DNA from: Lingula anatina
Lineage: Eukaryota; Animalia; Brachiopoda
Direction: 5' to 3'
Assembly: GCA_051362555.1 (NCBI GenBank)
Contig: CM120640.1
Span: 58,940,788-59,004,787 of the forward strand
DNA: 64,000 nt
Shown here one piece after another: positions 1-14,700 of the stretch. A model generated the notes under the pieces. The model was not told where the DNA came from and searched no databases. It saw only the letters and a program-made list of their open reading frames with translations. Positions within the stretch are counted from its first letter, which is position 1. Every line of letters starts with the position of its first letter. Both the position numbers and the translations under genes were made by a program.

Positions 1-3000
1 TGTCTTCATATAGTCGAACTAGTCAATTGCGATAATACATATAAATAAACACAGGTCTCTGCAATCTTACCTTTGTTGACACGAAAGATGTATGCAAAAG
101 GTTCATATCAAGGTCACATTTGTACTGAGATAAAATAATGGTGAACGTATTCTAAGTATCACTTGCCACTGGTGTGATGTCTTATCTTATTGTTCCAGTC
201 CACTAGTTCAGGTGAACTTGTCAATAATTGACTACAGAGTGCTGAGCTGTGTGCTAATCATTCAAAGCCAAGTTAGTCCTTCAGCTTGTACAGCTGTGTG
301 TATGTGAGGTATATCGACAGGCTGTCGATCGCTGTGTATTTTCTCTAGTCTTATTTGTGTTGTATGATACACCCAGTCCACTGTGTATCCTATCTATGCT
401 TGGTTGTCTGCTGTATCTTCATCTCCACTGAAACTCAATCTGTTTTGAATAAACAGTAGAGGTATCCTGGTATATATTTTAAAATTCTGGAAATTCCTGT
501 CGCTCACTGTAACCAAACCTCAACTGAAAAACTGATCAATTCTTGCCTGAAGTCAGTAAGTAGTATTTAAAATAATACCCTCGGTGTTCTACTCTCTCTA
601 GATAAATCCTGTCAAGAAATATATATATATATGAACAGCAGGCATACACAAAGTCTTCGTCCTTCTTGGGATCAGCTTAAAAGTATGCAGCATACCATTT
701 GTCACATTAATGGGAATACTTCGCTGAATGTCACAGGTACCACAGGTACAAACACATTTTAAGATACTATAGCGGTAAGTTAACAGCACCATAGAATGGG
801 GTCCTTTCCTCTACTCTGACATTTGGAATACATGCACCTCATACAGTATTCACATCATCTTCCAAGTCCTCTGAAATCTGTATGAATGTATGTATGCCCA
901 GACTGATGATCACGCCAGATAAACCACTGTCCTCCCACTGTACACTGTCTATAATGATGTATGCAAAGTATTACAATAGCCAGCCCATCAACAGGTGGTT
1001 AACATCACTGGGCACTCTTACCACTGAGGAGAGAGGAACCACTTATTCATAAGATGTCCCAGATACTGAGCACCAGATCAGTGCCAAACTCTATTTAAAA
1101 TCCAGTTTTATGACAAATTGCTCTGTATCAGCCCTGTTGATATGTCCTTATATTTTTACCATTTCACATACATTAACAACATATGAGTTGGTAATATCAC
1201 ATCTTTACTCCCACGCCTGTCTACAGCTGCTCATTTTGAGGTTTTAATCCACTTAATGTTAAACCTCCGTTTCCGCAAATCTTTCAATCTGATTGTTTTT
1301 CGGTAAATATATTCTAACCACTGATGAGAATTTCATTACAGTGCAAGTACTCCCACACCTGACACCCTGCTGCACACCTTTGTATGTGTTTTATCCACCT
1401 AATGATGTCACAGAGTCAGGTCTTCATGTGTGTAATGTGAAAAGGAAGTTCTCTTCAGGTATGAAATAAGAGCAAATTTGACACTCTTAGTCATGGGTCT
1501 AGGTAACTGAGCCCAAAATGGAAAGTCAATCCCCTGGGGCCTGGCAGACGTCCGCTCCTTTTCAAAATTGCACTTTTAAAAAGTGACATAAACTTGACCA
1601 CATCTGTTGTTCAGATATCTCCAGTTGCCTAATGCTCCATTACCAGTTGGCGGCTCTCTGACAAAACACAGGACATTTTCTTCTCAACAGAAGTGAACTG
1701 AACTGGATCAAATAACTCAAACAACATCACTTGGCAATCAAATGTGGCTAAATGGCAGCTCAATGAATGTGGACTCCCATCGCCATGTACTCTCTCAATA
1801 CAAACTCCACAACTTCCTTGACAAAAGCCAACCCCATATGCTCAAATTCTAAATGCCTAAGAGCCCAAAGGTTTCATCCACAATCCAGTCTGATGATCTT
1901 TATAAGATAGCCCAAAACCTGTATGTTAAAGAAGAGTACCCTCTACTGCAAATGAAGGCTTAATAGAGGAATGCCAATGGCAGAAAGCGGCAGAGGTCAG
2001 AGCTAAGGGCCCATTGAGAAGCATCAGGGCTTGATAATCTATTGTGGCACAGTGATTCAATGCAATTCCATTCTATGACCATGGGGCTTGGCTTACAGAG
2101 TACATAAACTTGGCCAATGGAGCCATTCGACCACGAGGGAACCCCATCTCTTTTCATCCTTTTCACCACCCTGTGCAACCGATCCTTGTCAATAAATTCT
2201 CCTAGTGTACATAGTTGATATGAAAATGGAGTGAAATTTCCATATCTATATCCCTATTACAATGTGCGGAAGTGGGCTTATTAAGTTAGCTGACGGCAAG
2301 TGTTAGTAAACATTAAAATATCTCTGCCTTTGAAGAATAATCAACAAGTTGTATCCTGTTCTAGGTTCATTGAAAACAACAGAAAAAGAATTTCTTTGAG
2401 TCAAGTGGAAGTTGCAAACTGTAAAAAGAACTCCTACAAGCATTCCTCTCTTAACACAATAACATCTTCCCAATTTCATTCCAAGTGTTCCCCATATATT
2501 AAGACAAGTTCTTCATGTAATATAACTACCTGTCTGGAACTACTCAACTTTCAGCCATTTACAGAAAAGTTGTAGGAATTTGATCCCTTGTCAAGAAAAA
2601 CCAACAATGTTTAAATCATACAACGGAGACATGTATTTTCGTATTAGGCAATAGATGATTACATAGAAGAACATTTGGACCAATTTAAATGGAAGTTATT
2701 TATATACTGATAAACAGTTTATGGCAAACCCAGAACAAATTCCATTCTAACTTTATAATGGAGCTTTAAGACTGTATGAAAAAAAAAGTCTTCAAATATC
2801 CAGTCATTTATCAATTTTGTCAACCAGGTTAGTTTGTGTACTCAAGCCTGCAATAATGTTTGTCCAATTTATCTCTTTAGACATCTCACGTGTTGCAGGA
2901 CACACGTGTTTTAGGGCCATAAAGGCGCAGGTGAGGCATTTTCTCCGCACTACTTATGCGAAACGTCCAGACCTTCCTGACCTGTCCGAGTGTGGGAAAA

Positions 3001-4506
3001 TTGTAACTGTTCTCTCAACACTCTTTTATACATTTTTCACTCAATTAAGCCTGCACAGTACTAAGTTACTGGTACAATTATTTGTCAACAAACTCCTGCA
3101 AAAGACAAACATCCATACTGTGCTACCTGTTATTTTAATAAGCAGATCCCCATTGAGGTTTTCTGGCAAGGGTCACAACTATAATTATTCATAATAAGGA
3201 ACACCCACCAACAAAAATGGAAACAAATGTTTTCAAAAGTAAATTAAACAGAAAACTAAAGCAACAGTCAAAGGGGGAGGATAATTACTCTACAATGCCT
3301 ACAGGTGATGTGGAATAGGGAGTGTGGATGCCTTTTCAGATGTTCCAAGATGACTGGCACCCAGGAGACCTCTGTTGTGCTTCTCTCTCTGGATGCATTA
3401 TGCAATGCACTGGAGTAACACATATACAAGCAAACAATATGGAAACAGAACTGTTACCACCATAAACAGGTGATATTTAAAAATGAATAATTTTGCAGAA
3501 ATATAAGAACACCTGGGGATATATACATTATAAATGCAATCTAAGAGAAATCATTCAAATGCAGTGACTGCAAAATTGAACTTGTTGCAATAATGAATAA
3601 ATCCTCATCTTTATCTATAAACTAGATTAAAAATCAGATTTTGTCACTAAAAAGGTTAGCCTTAAAATGATGTAAATAGAACATCATAGCAAAGGTTCAT
3701 TATTCAGTCTCACAGGATATGCCAGCCCAATAATTCTATCAAAAAATCCTCCATAATCACAACAAGCGTCCCTGTTATTCTTATGTCATAAAACAGACTC
3801 TGAAATAGAGGGGAAGTTATAACCAACAATGTTGTAACAAACAATGCACTATCAAGTCTCCAATCAATGTATTCATCATATGAAAGGAAACTTTATATAC
3901 ACAATTAAGATTGAGGCGCCATATAAGCATCAGTTTCTGGGTCTTGGGCAGACAATTTAATAATATTTCTGAAGGGCATTATCTAAGCTTTCTCAGATTA
4001 AATCGGTAGCAGGAAAGGGGACAAGTTGCAAAAAAAGGGGGAAGGCATGATCACTGCAGGAGATAAAATGGCATAAGTGTATCATACATGAAAATGCTTT
4101 TCTGATATACATTAAAGCAGTCTTTTCAAATAGAAGATGCATCCCTCCACAATAAGAGAGATTGAATGTTCAAATCCATAGCATCTAAGTATCTCAATTC
4201 TTCAGATTGCCAATACTTTCCAATCCAATGCCAGTGTTCTGGCTGAAAATAAAGGGTGTTTTAATAATGCATTTAGCAGGACAAATAGAAAACCATATTA
4301 ATCAGATTTTTATTTATATTTTGAGGCAATTTCTTAATAAATAAAAGAAAATATGGTAAGAATGAGTCACCAAAATCATAATATTTACTGATCTTAAAAA
4401 TGACCTTCTAAAATTCAGAGCCTCTAATGCACAGTTAAATGATGCTGCATGGGGAATGCATCTTGATGTTTTTTCCCTTTGCTGCAGTAGTGTTAGCTTT
4501 TATAAA

Positions 4507-4522
4507 CCACCAGATGGCAGCA
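4507..4522 (+). promoter_or_regulatory. CTCF-like motif
   Basis: CCACCAGATGGCAGCA closely matches the bilaterian CTCF core consensus CCACCAG(G/A)(G/T)GGC(A/G)GC. Confidence 0.4.
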
Positions 4523-6474
4523 CCTCCTTTGGCCACTGCGACCCAGACCCTTCTATCTAACCTGAGTCTGATTATAGGCTCGCTTCAGCCCTCAAGCCAA
4601 GCATAAAAATTTGACTGATAACTGCATTTTATTATATTCCACACAAATATAAACTCTATCTACATACCAACATACTATGAAAAAAAAGTACTGGCAGGAA
4701 GTTTTGAAAGTTGAGCTGACAGATATAAATCCCCAATATGAATATTTCATTATGTATTTAAGTGCCATGCATGTGCTTCATCTCGTCAGCTTTTACTACT
4801 TAATTGCATAGGGAAATATCCATTGCACATACAAGGCAAATGAAACATATCATGACAAGAAAACATTTCCTGTATTCCTTTTCCATTATTGAACAAAATC
4901 TTAATAAATTTTTACCATTTCACAACTAAGTGCTAGAACTATGAACATTACCAGAAAGTGATTATTTTCTTCTTATATAAAAATGTAAAATAACACCCTT
5001 TCATTTGCTAATTCAAACATTTTTCACAAAAAATAATATTTCAAACCTGTAAGTTGCTGTGACAATGATAATTAATACTATTCAATGGTACTATCATTGC
5101 ACACACCAGGCACAGTAACAGTGGTGTGCCATGTATTTACCAGATTGGAAATTATGTAAGGTAGACTATGTTCCCCTATTTTTTTCATTTTTCATTTCCG
5201 TTAGTGTTTCCATCTTACAAAACACCAAAATGACTTTTCTCCTTATCAATTATGTTACAAAACAGTCACAGCAGGACATGAAATCTCTTAAATTCTAAAA
5301 CTTCTTTACAAACGCAATGTTTGCAGAGAAACTACATTAAAACACATATAACTACAAATGCTACAAAAGAGCAGTAAGTCATGCTCTATGTAATACTGTT
5401 GAAGGCCACCCCTTCAGTGTGTAAGCAAATATTTCAATCCTGCCCCCCCTCCCCCCCCCCCCCCATGGTGAATGCCTATATCCAACAGTCCAGAATACCC
5501 GATTTACTTACCTATAAAAAAATTAAAAAAAAACTGCCCTAATTGGTGACTTTGTCCTTATGTTTTCTATACACCTTTCAATTAAATCCTACTCAATTCG
5601 TACAAGGTTAAAGAAAGAAGAAAAATCACATAAAACAACACTGTATCTTGATGACACTAGAGATTGACAGTGAACCATAAACTTATTTTCTCCCAACTAA
5701 TTTACTTAGGAGTTGTCATCCCTTATCAGCTACCAGTGCTAGGAGCAATTTTTTCCACTGACAGGTAACAGCTCTGCAGACTTTACCTATGCATTATAAT
5801 ACCCATTTTTGAGGTTTTACAATTGAAAACACACAATATGATTTTGTTTTAATTACAACCACAAAGACACATGCTGGCTAATGAGGCAGATATAATTTAT
5901 ATGATATCTATACACAATTACTCCTTACCATTATCAGATGGGTGATTCCTATAGAAGGTAAAACAAGGATACACAATAAGATAGATTTACAACTGATGAC
6001 AAGTTTATTGGCCCAGATACATTACATACCTTTAAGAAAAGATATGTCTATAGTGCTAATATCCTATAATTTCTGTCAAAGCTAGATGATATTTTAATAG
6101 GAAATAATGGGATGGCTGTTGGCTTTATACACTTGACAAGGGCCAAGCAGTTTATCACTGAGTCAGCTCACCTTAGAGGTAACATCAGCTGTGGTAAAAA
6201 AAGTTACATGATCATAAGAGAGCTACTGACCTCACTAGCAGTGTTCATTTTTGTCTTTGACTAGCACAGCCAAAATAAATCTGCAGCCAGGCAAACAAAG
6301 CCTACCTAGTATTTGTATGATACTGGGTCTGTAGTACCACTGCTTCATGTTCAATCAAGATAAAAGAAGTAAGTACATAAAAAGACCCCTAGTACCATTC
6401 TTTCTGGCAGAATTTTTGTCATCTGTCATTCAAAAATTCAAAAATACAACTTCAACATGCACTTGTTTACTTAC

Positions 6475-6586
6475 TGGAAGAAAAAGCAAGGACCCTATGG
6501 ATTTGTTTGTGACGTCCCCTTGTTTTACACGTAGACTGCAGAACTGCACAAACTCTTTATCTTCTGTCCACTTCTGTTTCAAAAAT
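6475..6586 (-). CDS. RhoGEF gene DH exon
   Basis: FLKQKWTEDKEFVQFCSLR...SIGSLLFLP; tttcag / gtaagt boundaries; phase 2->0. Confidence 0.85.
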
Positions 6587-8669
6587 CTGAAATAATGAAC
6601 AAATATAGATGTAATTAAGACCCTAATTGAAATATATTTCTTCAAACTAAGCCAAGTGCACAACAATTTTAAGAAGATGAAAAAATAGTGCACTGAACAT
6701 GTCTAAAGTCAACTAATGTCTGAATGTTATAATGGTGAGAAACATGAATTTATGTTATCGAGTATGCTAAAATTGACTTCTATGAAATCAGTAAATGTAT
6801 TTGAACGCAATGGCTCAATAAATATATTATTCAGAAAAAAAAGTGGCTAAAGATATTTTCTGGCAACTTTCATATGAAATAATGGTTCCATTATTTTACA
6901 GGGTGTCTAACAAAACCTTTTGTGGTACAATTTCACTTGAATCAATGTATTGGATTTTACATCATCCCATGAGCACTGATATGCTGGGTTCCACAACAAA
7001 GTCTTCCAATACTGCTGACTTACCTGACAAAAACAAACTTCACTGGTAAATCCATAATATCAAGAAAAGATTTTTTCCCTTTCTTTCTTTCTTTTTTTTT
7101 CAGGGGGGGGGGGGGGGACTATCATGTTGTATCTGCCTATATTATTATTATTTTATTTAAAAAAAAACTATATTGAAATTTGTAGGAAATAACTTATATT
7201 CCTGAGACAACAAGAAATAACCCTTATTATTGGCCAAAATTCATAGTAGGAGGGAATGAGTTCTCGCTTAAATCATTAATGAATTCCTCGGGTGTAATGT
7301 CTTAAGTGTTACTAAAGCACACCCTTCCCCGCAACCATTACTTACTATTCATCTAGCTGTTTTCAATCAATTCTTTCACACAGCAATATAATGATCTAAT
7401 AACAAATCAATGTTACTGGGTTCCTTTGGTAAAAGGACAAAGCACAACAACAAGATTTACACTATCATGACTAATAATGCTTACTAGCTTGAAGTGCATA
7501 TTCAATTTCAATATAATCCTCTTTAAACCAAGTTATAAAAATAATTCTTATCAAGCCATTTTCATTTACAAGATAATGCCAATCACAAAAAACAAAGTCT
7601 GCATGATGAATTCTAATAGTTTAAATACACTGCATTCAGCATCTGTATACATGCTAAATTATAGAAAGCTACAGAAAAGCTAAACATATATTCTATTCAT
7701 TATTTGCAGACAATGCTGGCTCTTAAAACGGCTTCAAAATGAAAAGAATTTTCAAAAAATTGTGTTCAGAAATATAAGTCACCAACAAAACAATTTACTC
7801 TATCTAAATGAAACAAACCCACTTTCATACCTTCTTCCAGCCACAATCAGCATAAGCTATAGTCCTAACACAACTACATTGTTATTCATCTACTAAACTT
7901 TATATGCAACATGTGGCACTAGGTTTTTCAGATAACAGTCTAGAAAAATGTACTTTTACAATTAAATTGATCATTCACATTAATTCATTCCTAGTACTAC
8001 CAGTGCTTAAATGAAAACTTGTCCTGATCTCTACTCCTGATGCCCCTCTCTAGAATCTCATTACTGTTTGTCAAATGAGCTTTGTGGAAGTGATGACACC
8101 AGTTGCATTACTTTATCTGTCAGTTTACAATGACGTCTTCCTTGGAAGAGCACCTTCTACATTATTATCTGATTAATTAGTCCACATTTGAAACACAAAC
8201 ATGACGATGACCATCAATTAATGTCAGTTCATTACTAGTAAGAGAATATATTTGTGCTCAGAGGCCATAGTAATGCCTTTATACATATATCCATGGACTT
8301 TGCTAAATTTGTAAAAAAACTAAATCATACGTTCTGTGACAAATATCTCCCCCCCCCCCCCCCATCTCCCCCCACACCTGACACACATACACACTCAGTG
8401 CACTTACCATAACATCGAGAACAGTTTCTTTAAAGGCAGTCTAAGACAGAGCAAGCTAATGTCCTTAGTATGATTAAACCTGTTGAACACACCTTTTTTC
8501 TTACAAAAGAAAAAAATTACACTTGATTCAGCTGCCTCTGCTCATTACATGGTCCAGGAACAGTTTAATGTTGCCACAGTACAAGAATAACTGACATGCA
8601 GACATGAAGCTAACCCAAGATTGATGTTCAAAAGACAGAACATGCAATCTTTTTTTTTTTTTTTTTTTT

Positions 8670-8706
<37 letters not shown>

Positions 8707-11700
8707 TGAACAATAACTGATAATTAACAATGATATTTCCTCCAAACTAACATTATAACATTTTAAATGATATCAATATTGATTTGTTTACCATGAAATC
8801 CAGAAATAATACTTCTTTTTTCATCAATTTTGACCATTTTCCTTAACCTGAGATGACCAATCATTAAATGAACTTCCCTACCAAAAAATCAATTACTATT
8901 TTGTTTAGTAAATAACAAACACATACTTTTCATTCAACAGCTGGAACATTCGTCCTTTTGAACCATTTTCATAAATCCTTAATTTTTCATATATCCTTAC
9001 CTTTAGGGCTAAAATTATCCCCTTGGTTTGAAACTAAGCACCCCTTAAAATGTCTGTGAGTAAGCCGCGCACTGCCCATTCAGTTTTATCATTCCAAAAG
9101 TCAATATTAAACCATTCATGCCATCAATTCACCAATTCCTCTGAGACAGGAACATGCAGTGCCTGTGTTCATATATCAGTAGCATAACTCTTTTTGACTA
9201 CTATTTGCTTGGTCAACTCCCTGAGACCAAAAATCAGTGACCTTTGCCAAAACAGTCACTGACCACCATCCAACTATAGAAAGTCCCAGTGTATGCCCCT
9301 GCCTCCAGGTGTGGACATTTGCTCTAGCAAATATTGTTGCTCAAGCAGGAAACCAAATAACTAGTTTTGAAGACTGGTTGGCCATTTATTCACGTTAGCA
9401 TGTTTACTTTCATGGTCAAATATTTAAAATGCTGCACTGTCATGTTCTATTGAATGGGTCTAAATATATCTCTCTCACCTTTACATTAGATCTGAGGATT
9501 GATGATGAGAAGTTCCCCGTAAATTATCAAATGTGCAAAATCTATTCATCTCATAGTTGTGGCAAGGGAAACATTTTTAATCTGTGATGGTAAAAAACTG
9601 GACAACAGGTACATTTCGATTAAAGTCTGACTCAAGCAAGTTTGACTTCTAAGCTGAAATGAAGCAGTGTCTCTACTTTGCAAACGATTGGGGGGGGTGT
9701 GTGTGCAAATATACTATTATCGAAATCCCTTCCTCCACCTTCCATCTCTCAAAATTAGAGTGCACTCAGATTCACATGTCGTACTATACGCAGTTAGGTA
9801 GGTCCAACTTTGCGGGAGATTCTCGCTATGTACAATCAGTGAAATCAGCACACAATGGTTTATTACCCCCTAGCTGCTTGAGGCAGCACGTCAAACAATT
9901 AAGCTGATTCCACTAATTGCACTTTAGGGAGAATCCTCTGCAGAGTTGGATCGACCAAGCTTGCATGAATCTGAATGCCATCTTTGTCACACAATATCAT
10001 TATGATCACTATCTGTTTGGTATCTACTAGCAAACATTTCTCACAAAGATATGTCAAATATTACATATATGTCTTTTGCAAATTGGTAAATATATCCATT
10101 TTTATGACATAGACAATAATAAATTTAGAAATGAATTGATGTATTATTTTTTTCTCTATATTATTATTATTGTGTATACAAATCTAATCTAATGAAAGTC
10201 TTCTGTTGAATGGGATGGTTGTCTTTATTTTTTCCAACTGGGAAGCTAAAAATCTAATCCCATAAAATGACCCAGGACAGAATCAAAGTTACTGCTGAAA
10301 TTATTGTCCACAAAATAAATTAACAAAATGCACAACCACTATCCCCATATTGTTTAATTAACTTTCCAATTCTCACAGATGCTAAAAAAGGATGCCAGTA
10401 TCTAGTTTCTTCAAATATTTCTCATCTTCTACAGTAGCTCACAGCAGAAGCACAGTAAATTGTGACCTTGGAAATGAACAACTTGTCATTATCAATTGTA
10501 CTAGAGGGAACAGAAAGGACACAATGACAGTGGACAGTCTTTATTCTTACCTATAAATTCCCTTACGAAATCCATATAAATCTGGCAGAAAAGATTAAAT
10601 CTCACAGAAGAAACGAATCATCTTGTTGTTGCAGACATTGTGTTGGGTAAGACCCAAACTGTCAGGTGTGACCACTGCTAATCCCATGGGCTAATATGAG
10701 GCTGTGATTTCTGAGGCCCAGATTGTATCAAGTGCTCATATCCAAGCCTATGCCCCACTTGACATCACTTTCATCACTAAGTGCATCATTACAGAGGAAG
10801 TCTAATAAAGAAAACAACAGCTATACAGACGGTAAGCTTACTTAAACCATGCACTGGCATGTACTAGCTTGTGTTAACAGGGGTGGGGGGGCAGTTGTTT
10901 AGGGGACTGTCACTGAGTGCACCTAGCCCAATCATTCACTGAATTAACACATTTATCAAAAAGTGCAAATCTACAAAATTTATACCAATTTTGATTCAAA
11001 TCATGTGTGATTTATCAAAAAATAACAAACCATGTTTCCTACCTACGCTTTTACTGAACAGTTCCCTTTGTCTCCAAAATCTCACCCAACTTGCTCAACA
11101 GCTTCCATAAAAATGATATCATACCATTATGTTTTTTTTTTTAAATCTCAGAAGGCACACTACACTACATTCCTTCTTATGAAAATATTAGGATAAAAAT
11201 CCCCTCGGTGTGTCTTTCTTTTTAATTATTTCATCAAAAAAGATGGAAGAATAACATACCCCTAGCAAAGGTTGTCAGTATACACATATACAAATATCTC
11301 CAACTCACCTTTTCTTGCTTTTCTATTTTTCTTCATTTCCCCTGTCCTATTTAGTTTGTCAATGAGACCACAGACCACAAACTAACAAAAGGTTCAATAT
11401 TTCCCTTTCTCAGCTGTTTATACCTGAAAGAATGGTCCCTGCCCCCTTAAATAGTGATAGCCTTATAAACATCTTTACAGGCAACACTCTACAATGTACT
11501 CACTGTCTGATCACTTTGAAGTTCCGTTGATATTCCTCATATCTCAGCCAGAACTGTTTTGAGAACAAATTACCTGTAAGATAAAATGCACTACCATGAT
11601 TGTTAGCACATCATCAGTAACATTTCATTACCTAATTCCAGATAAAGATTTCACAGCTAGTACTGTTGGAGTGGAAAACTACCTGGGCGGTAGAAAACCC

Positions 11701-14700
11701 ACAGCTTTTACTGGTCATCACTGGACATGTCCAAACTGTCAGCCAGCCAAAATAGACATATTTGCTGTTGAATAAACCCAACACCATTTCAAAGTGGGAC
11801 TGAATTTGATATCTTTTGTAATGAAGCAACTGCTATCAGTTTTCTACTGGTACTTTGATGACTTTTTGCTAACATTCAAACCTCTTTGTACTTCCAGCAA
11901 TGTTGCAAAAAAACCTCAGGCACAGGAGACATTATCACAATTCCTAACACATAAGTTTCACACATTAATACATTTACATTTTTATTAAAGAATTAAAAAA
12001 AAAAAAACGCACCAAGTCTATTTCAAAAATAAAATCGTGTGTCAAGCTTATGGTTTGGTAAATTTTAATTTTTACTTAGCAAAAGTGAAAATGCCTCTGT
12101 TTTGAAACAGATAACTATAAATAACCAAGAGATATGCTATTATGGAAAGCAAGTGTAGTAAACATACATAGAATACCATTTACAGTAAAATTGGGCACCA
12201 ACTCTTTTTACATTTGATTTCGACAAAAAAAAAAACAACTGAAAACATGCATGATAATTTTGAAGAATCAATTTCTAGATTAATCTTTATTTTTTCTTTT
12301 TTCATTTCCAAAATATGATTGCTTCATACTTAAATTAAAAAGGAATAAAGTCACCAAGCTGGTGCCTTAAAACAATAGTTGGTGAACTTACCAATCCTAG
12401 AGGTACCTGGGTCCCACAGTTCCAAGGTGTGCTCTAACTGGAAAAGTAAAATACAGTCACATTTAAACTGATGTTACTGTTATAACACAAATGTGAACTA
12501 CACATTATACAATTTTTCAACTGGAGTGTCACAATAAATTACTTAACCTGCAGAAATAATGTCCAGTAATAAAGATATACCACCCACTACACAGGTACTC
12601 AGGAATTGCTATATTCATTTACAGCAGCACTGTAGTGCATGGCATACAAGCCTATGCCATCACATGAGCTATAAAGTCAGAGACTTTTGATCCAGCAGGC
12701 ACTTTTATAATGTGTGATCACAGACTAAATCATAAATGATTCAGTAACTGTCCTGGGGCAAGCAGCCTCCTAGCTTCTGGACCTTGATTTTTATACCTTA
12801 CACTAGCTATATAACGGCAATGGCTTTGCACGCATCCAGGCAACCGTCAAAGTAATGTTGGTGCTATAAACAACTGTTACATCAAGTCAGATTTATTTAG
12901 CAGCCAAAATTAAACTGAGTTGATTTTCCCATCTGCGTTGCTGCAAAGCTCAAGAAATCCTATACACTTATTCCTCATGTTTCAGAGCGGAAGTTAGAAA
13001 CAGAAAACCATGTTTACAATTGAACTGTTGATCCTTTTTACACCTCTATAACTATTTATACAACTAGGAAATGGACTTTCGGCTCCAATACACCCTATAT
13101 CACCCACCAATTACTGTAAATATAGATATTTGTATCCATTTTCAGAACACAATGCAAATTCAAGCCCATTCAAAAAGGAAAAAATAATTAATGTTATTTG
13201 CAAAGATATCCAACCGTAAAGTTGCCAGACATAAATTACTTTTGGTTCACTTTCTCTAAGTGTGTGCTGTAGGAAATCTTTGTGAATATTTTCAATTGAT
13301 AAAATTTTTTCTCTCTTTTGCCACAGTCCAAAGGTAAATGAACAAATATCCCCAAATATTTCTGACAAATAGCTCAAATCTTTCATTAGTGAGTAACATG
13401 GGAAAAACAAAAGTTGACACAAAAAGTATCTTTTACACATAAAGACATGCAAGCAAATTTTAAAAAAAGTTAACTAAATGGGATTTAAAATCGCAAAATG
13501 TGGCAGGCATATGTAAGAAAAAAAACAACCCTCTTTTTTTGTTGAATATTTCCTGATATATTTTCAAACACCTTATATTTTTCAAAACATACTTCAACAC
13601 CATATGATTGATATGTTCACAAATAATTTTAAAAGAATTTTATTGTACACTTTAAAAGAAGATTTCAGCAAGGTGCAAATAAAACTGTCTTTACAGTGTC
13701 TTACTTATCAGTCCCTATTAAGAACCCATTACTGCCTGATCTTCAAATGTCAAACTAGTTTCTTCCTTAAAACATCATTACTGATCTACCTTCAATAACA
13801 TGGGACTAAAATAGCCTTTACATTAGATCAGTTGAAACATATAGTGATTGATAAATTAATTAGTTTAATGCATGTTTTATACTTCATCACTGGGTTCTGT
13901 AAGCATAGCTTCCTGAAGTGATGAGTAGGGATGAGGGCTTTGAATTAAATCCTGTTCCAATAAGTGAAACTTTCACCTGAGGGGTGCCTGTGAGCCATGA
14001 AAAACAGACTAAACAATCCAATCTGATGATGGAAATATAGCTTATTTCTTGTTCAGTTTTGCTATGTCCACTTTATCTACTGCTAAATGCTTTGCATTAT
14101 CAAAGAATAGGAACATTCTGAGGTATTTCACTACCTATAAAGTGGCATCCTATATCAGAACACTGTCATAAAGTGATGTACAGTGTGAATGTCTTATGAT
14201 CTCTTTCCCATGGAATGATTTTAATGAATTTAAAAATGCTTTGATCGATGTGCTACAACTCAAAATGTAAGGCAGTATTCCTAGTCAAATTAACCCCAGT
14301 TTACTTTAACATTACAAATAAATACCTTTCTATTATCATATCATTGTAAAATCTTGCTATCATTGTATCATTTCATCTGAATCACTTGTCAACCAGCCAT
14401 CAGTATTCATATACACATTAGGCTTACCTTTCTGTCATACAGTAGCAATCTTTTACATAAGTTCTTAATCTTCTACTGTTATAAGCAGAAAGTGTTAGAA
14501 CTATAGTCAACAGTGCTCCTGCCTTATCTGACTGAGATTCTATGGAAAATACCACAAAATCATACAGGAAAACACTGTTGCCCAACATTACAGCTTGAAG
14601 AATGGACAACTCAAGACCCACATGGGCAATGTTTGTTCCCTTACTTTTCCCTCAAAAGACTAATTACCAACTTAATGAAGGCGATTTTCCAGCAGAGTTG

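Noticed and set aside
8528-8745. ORFs with SLSLSL/KKKK runs
   Set aside because: Translation of the poly-T/(GA)n microsatellite.
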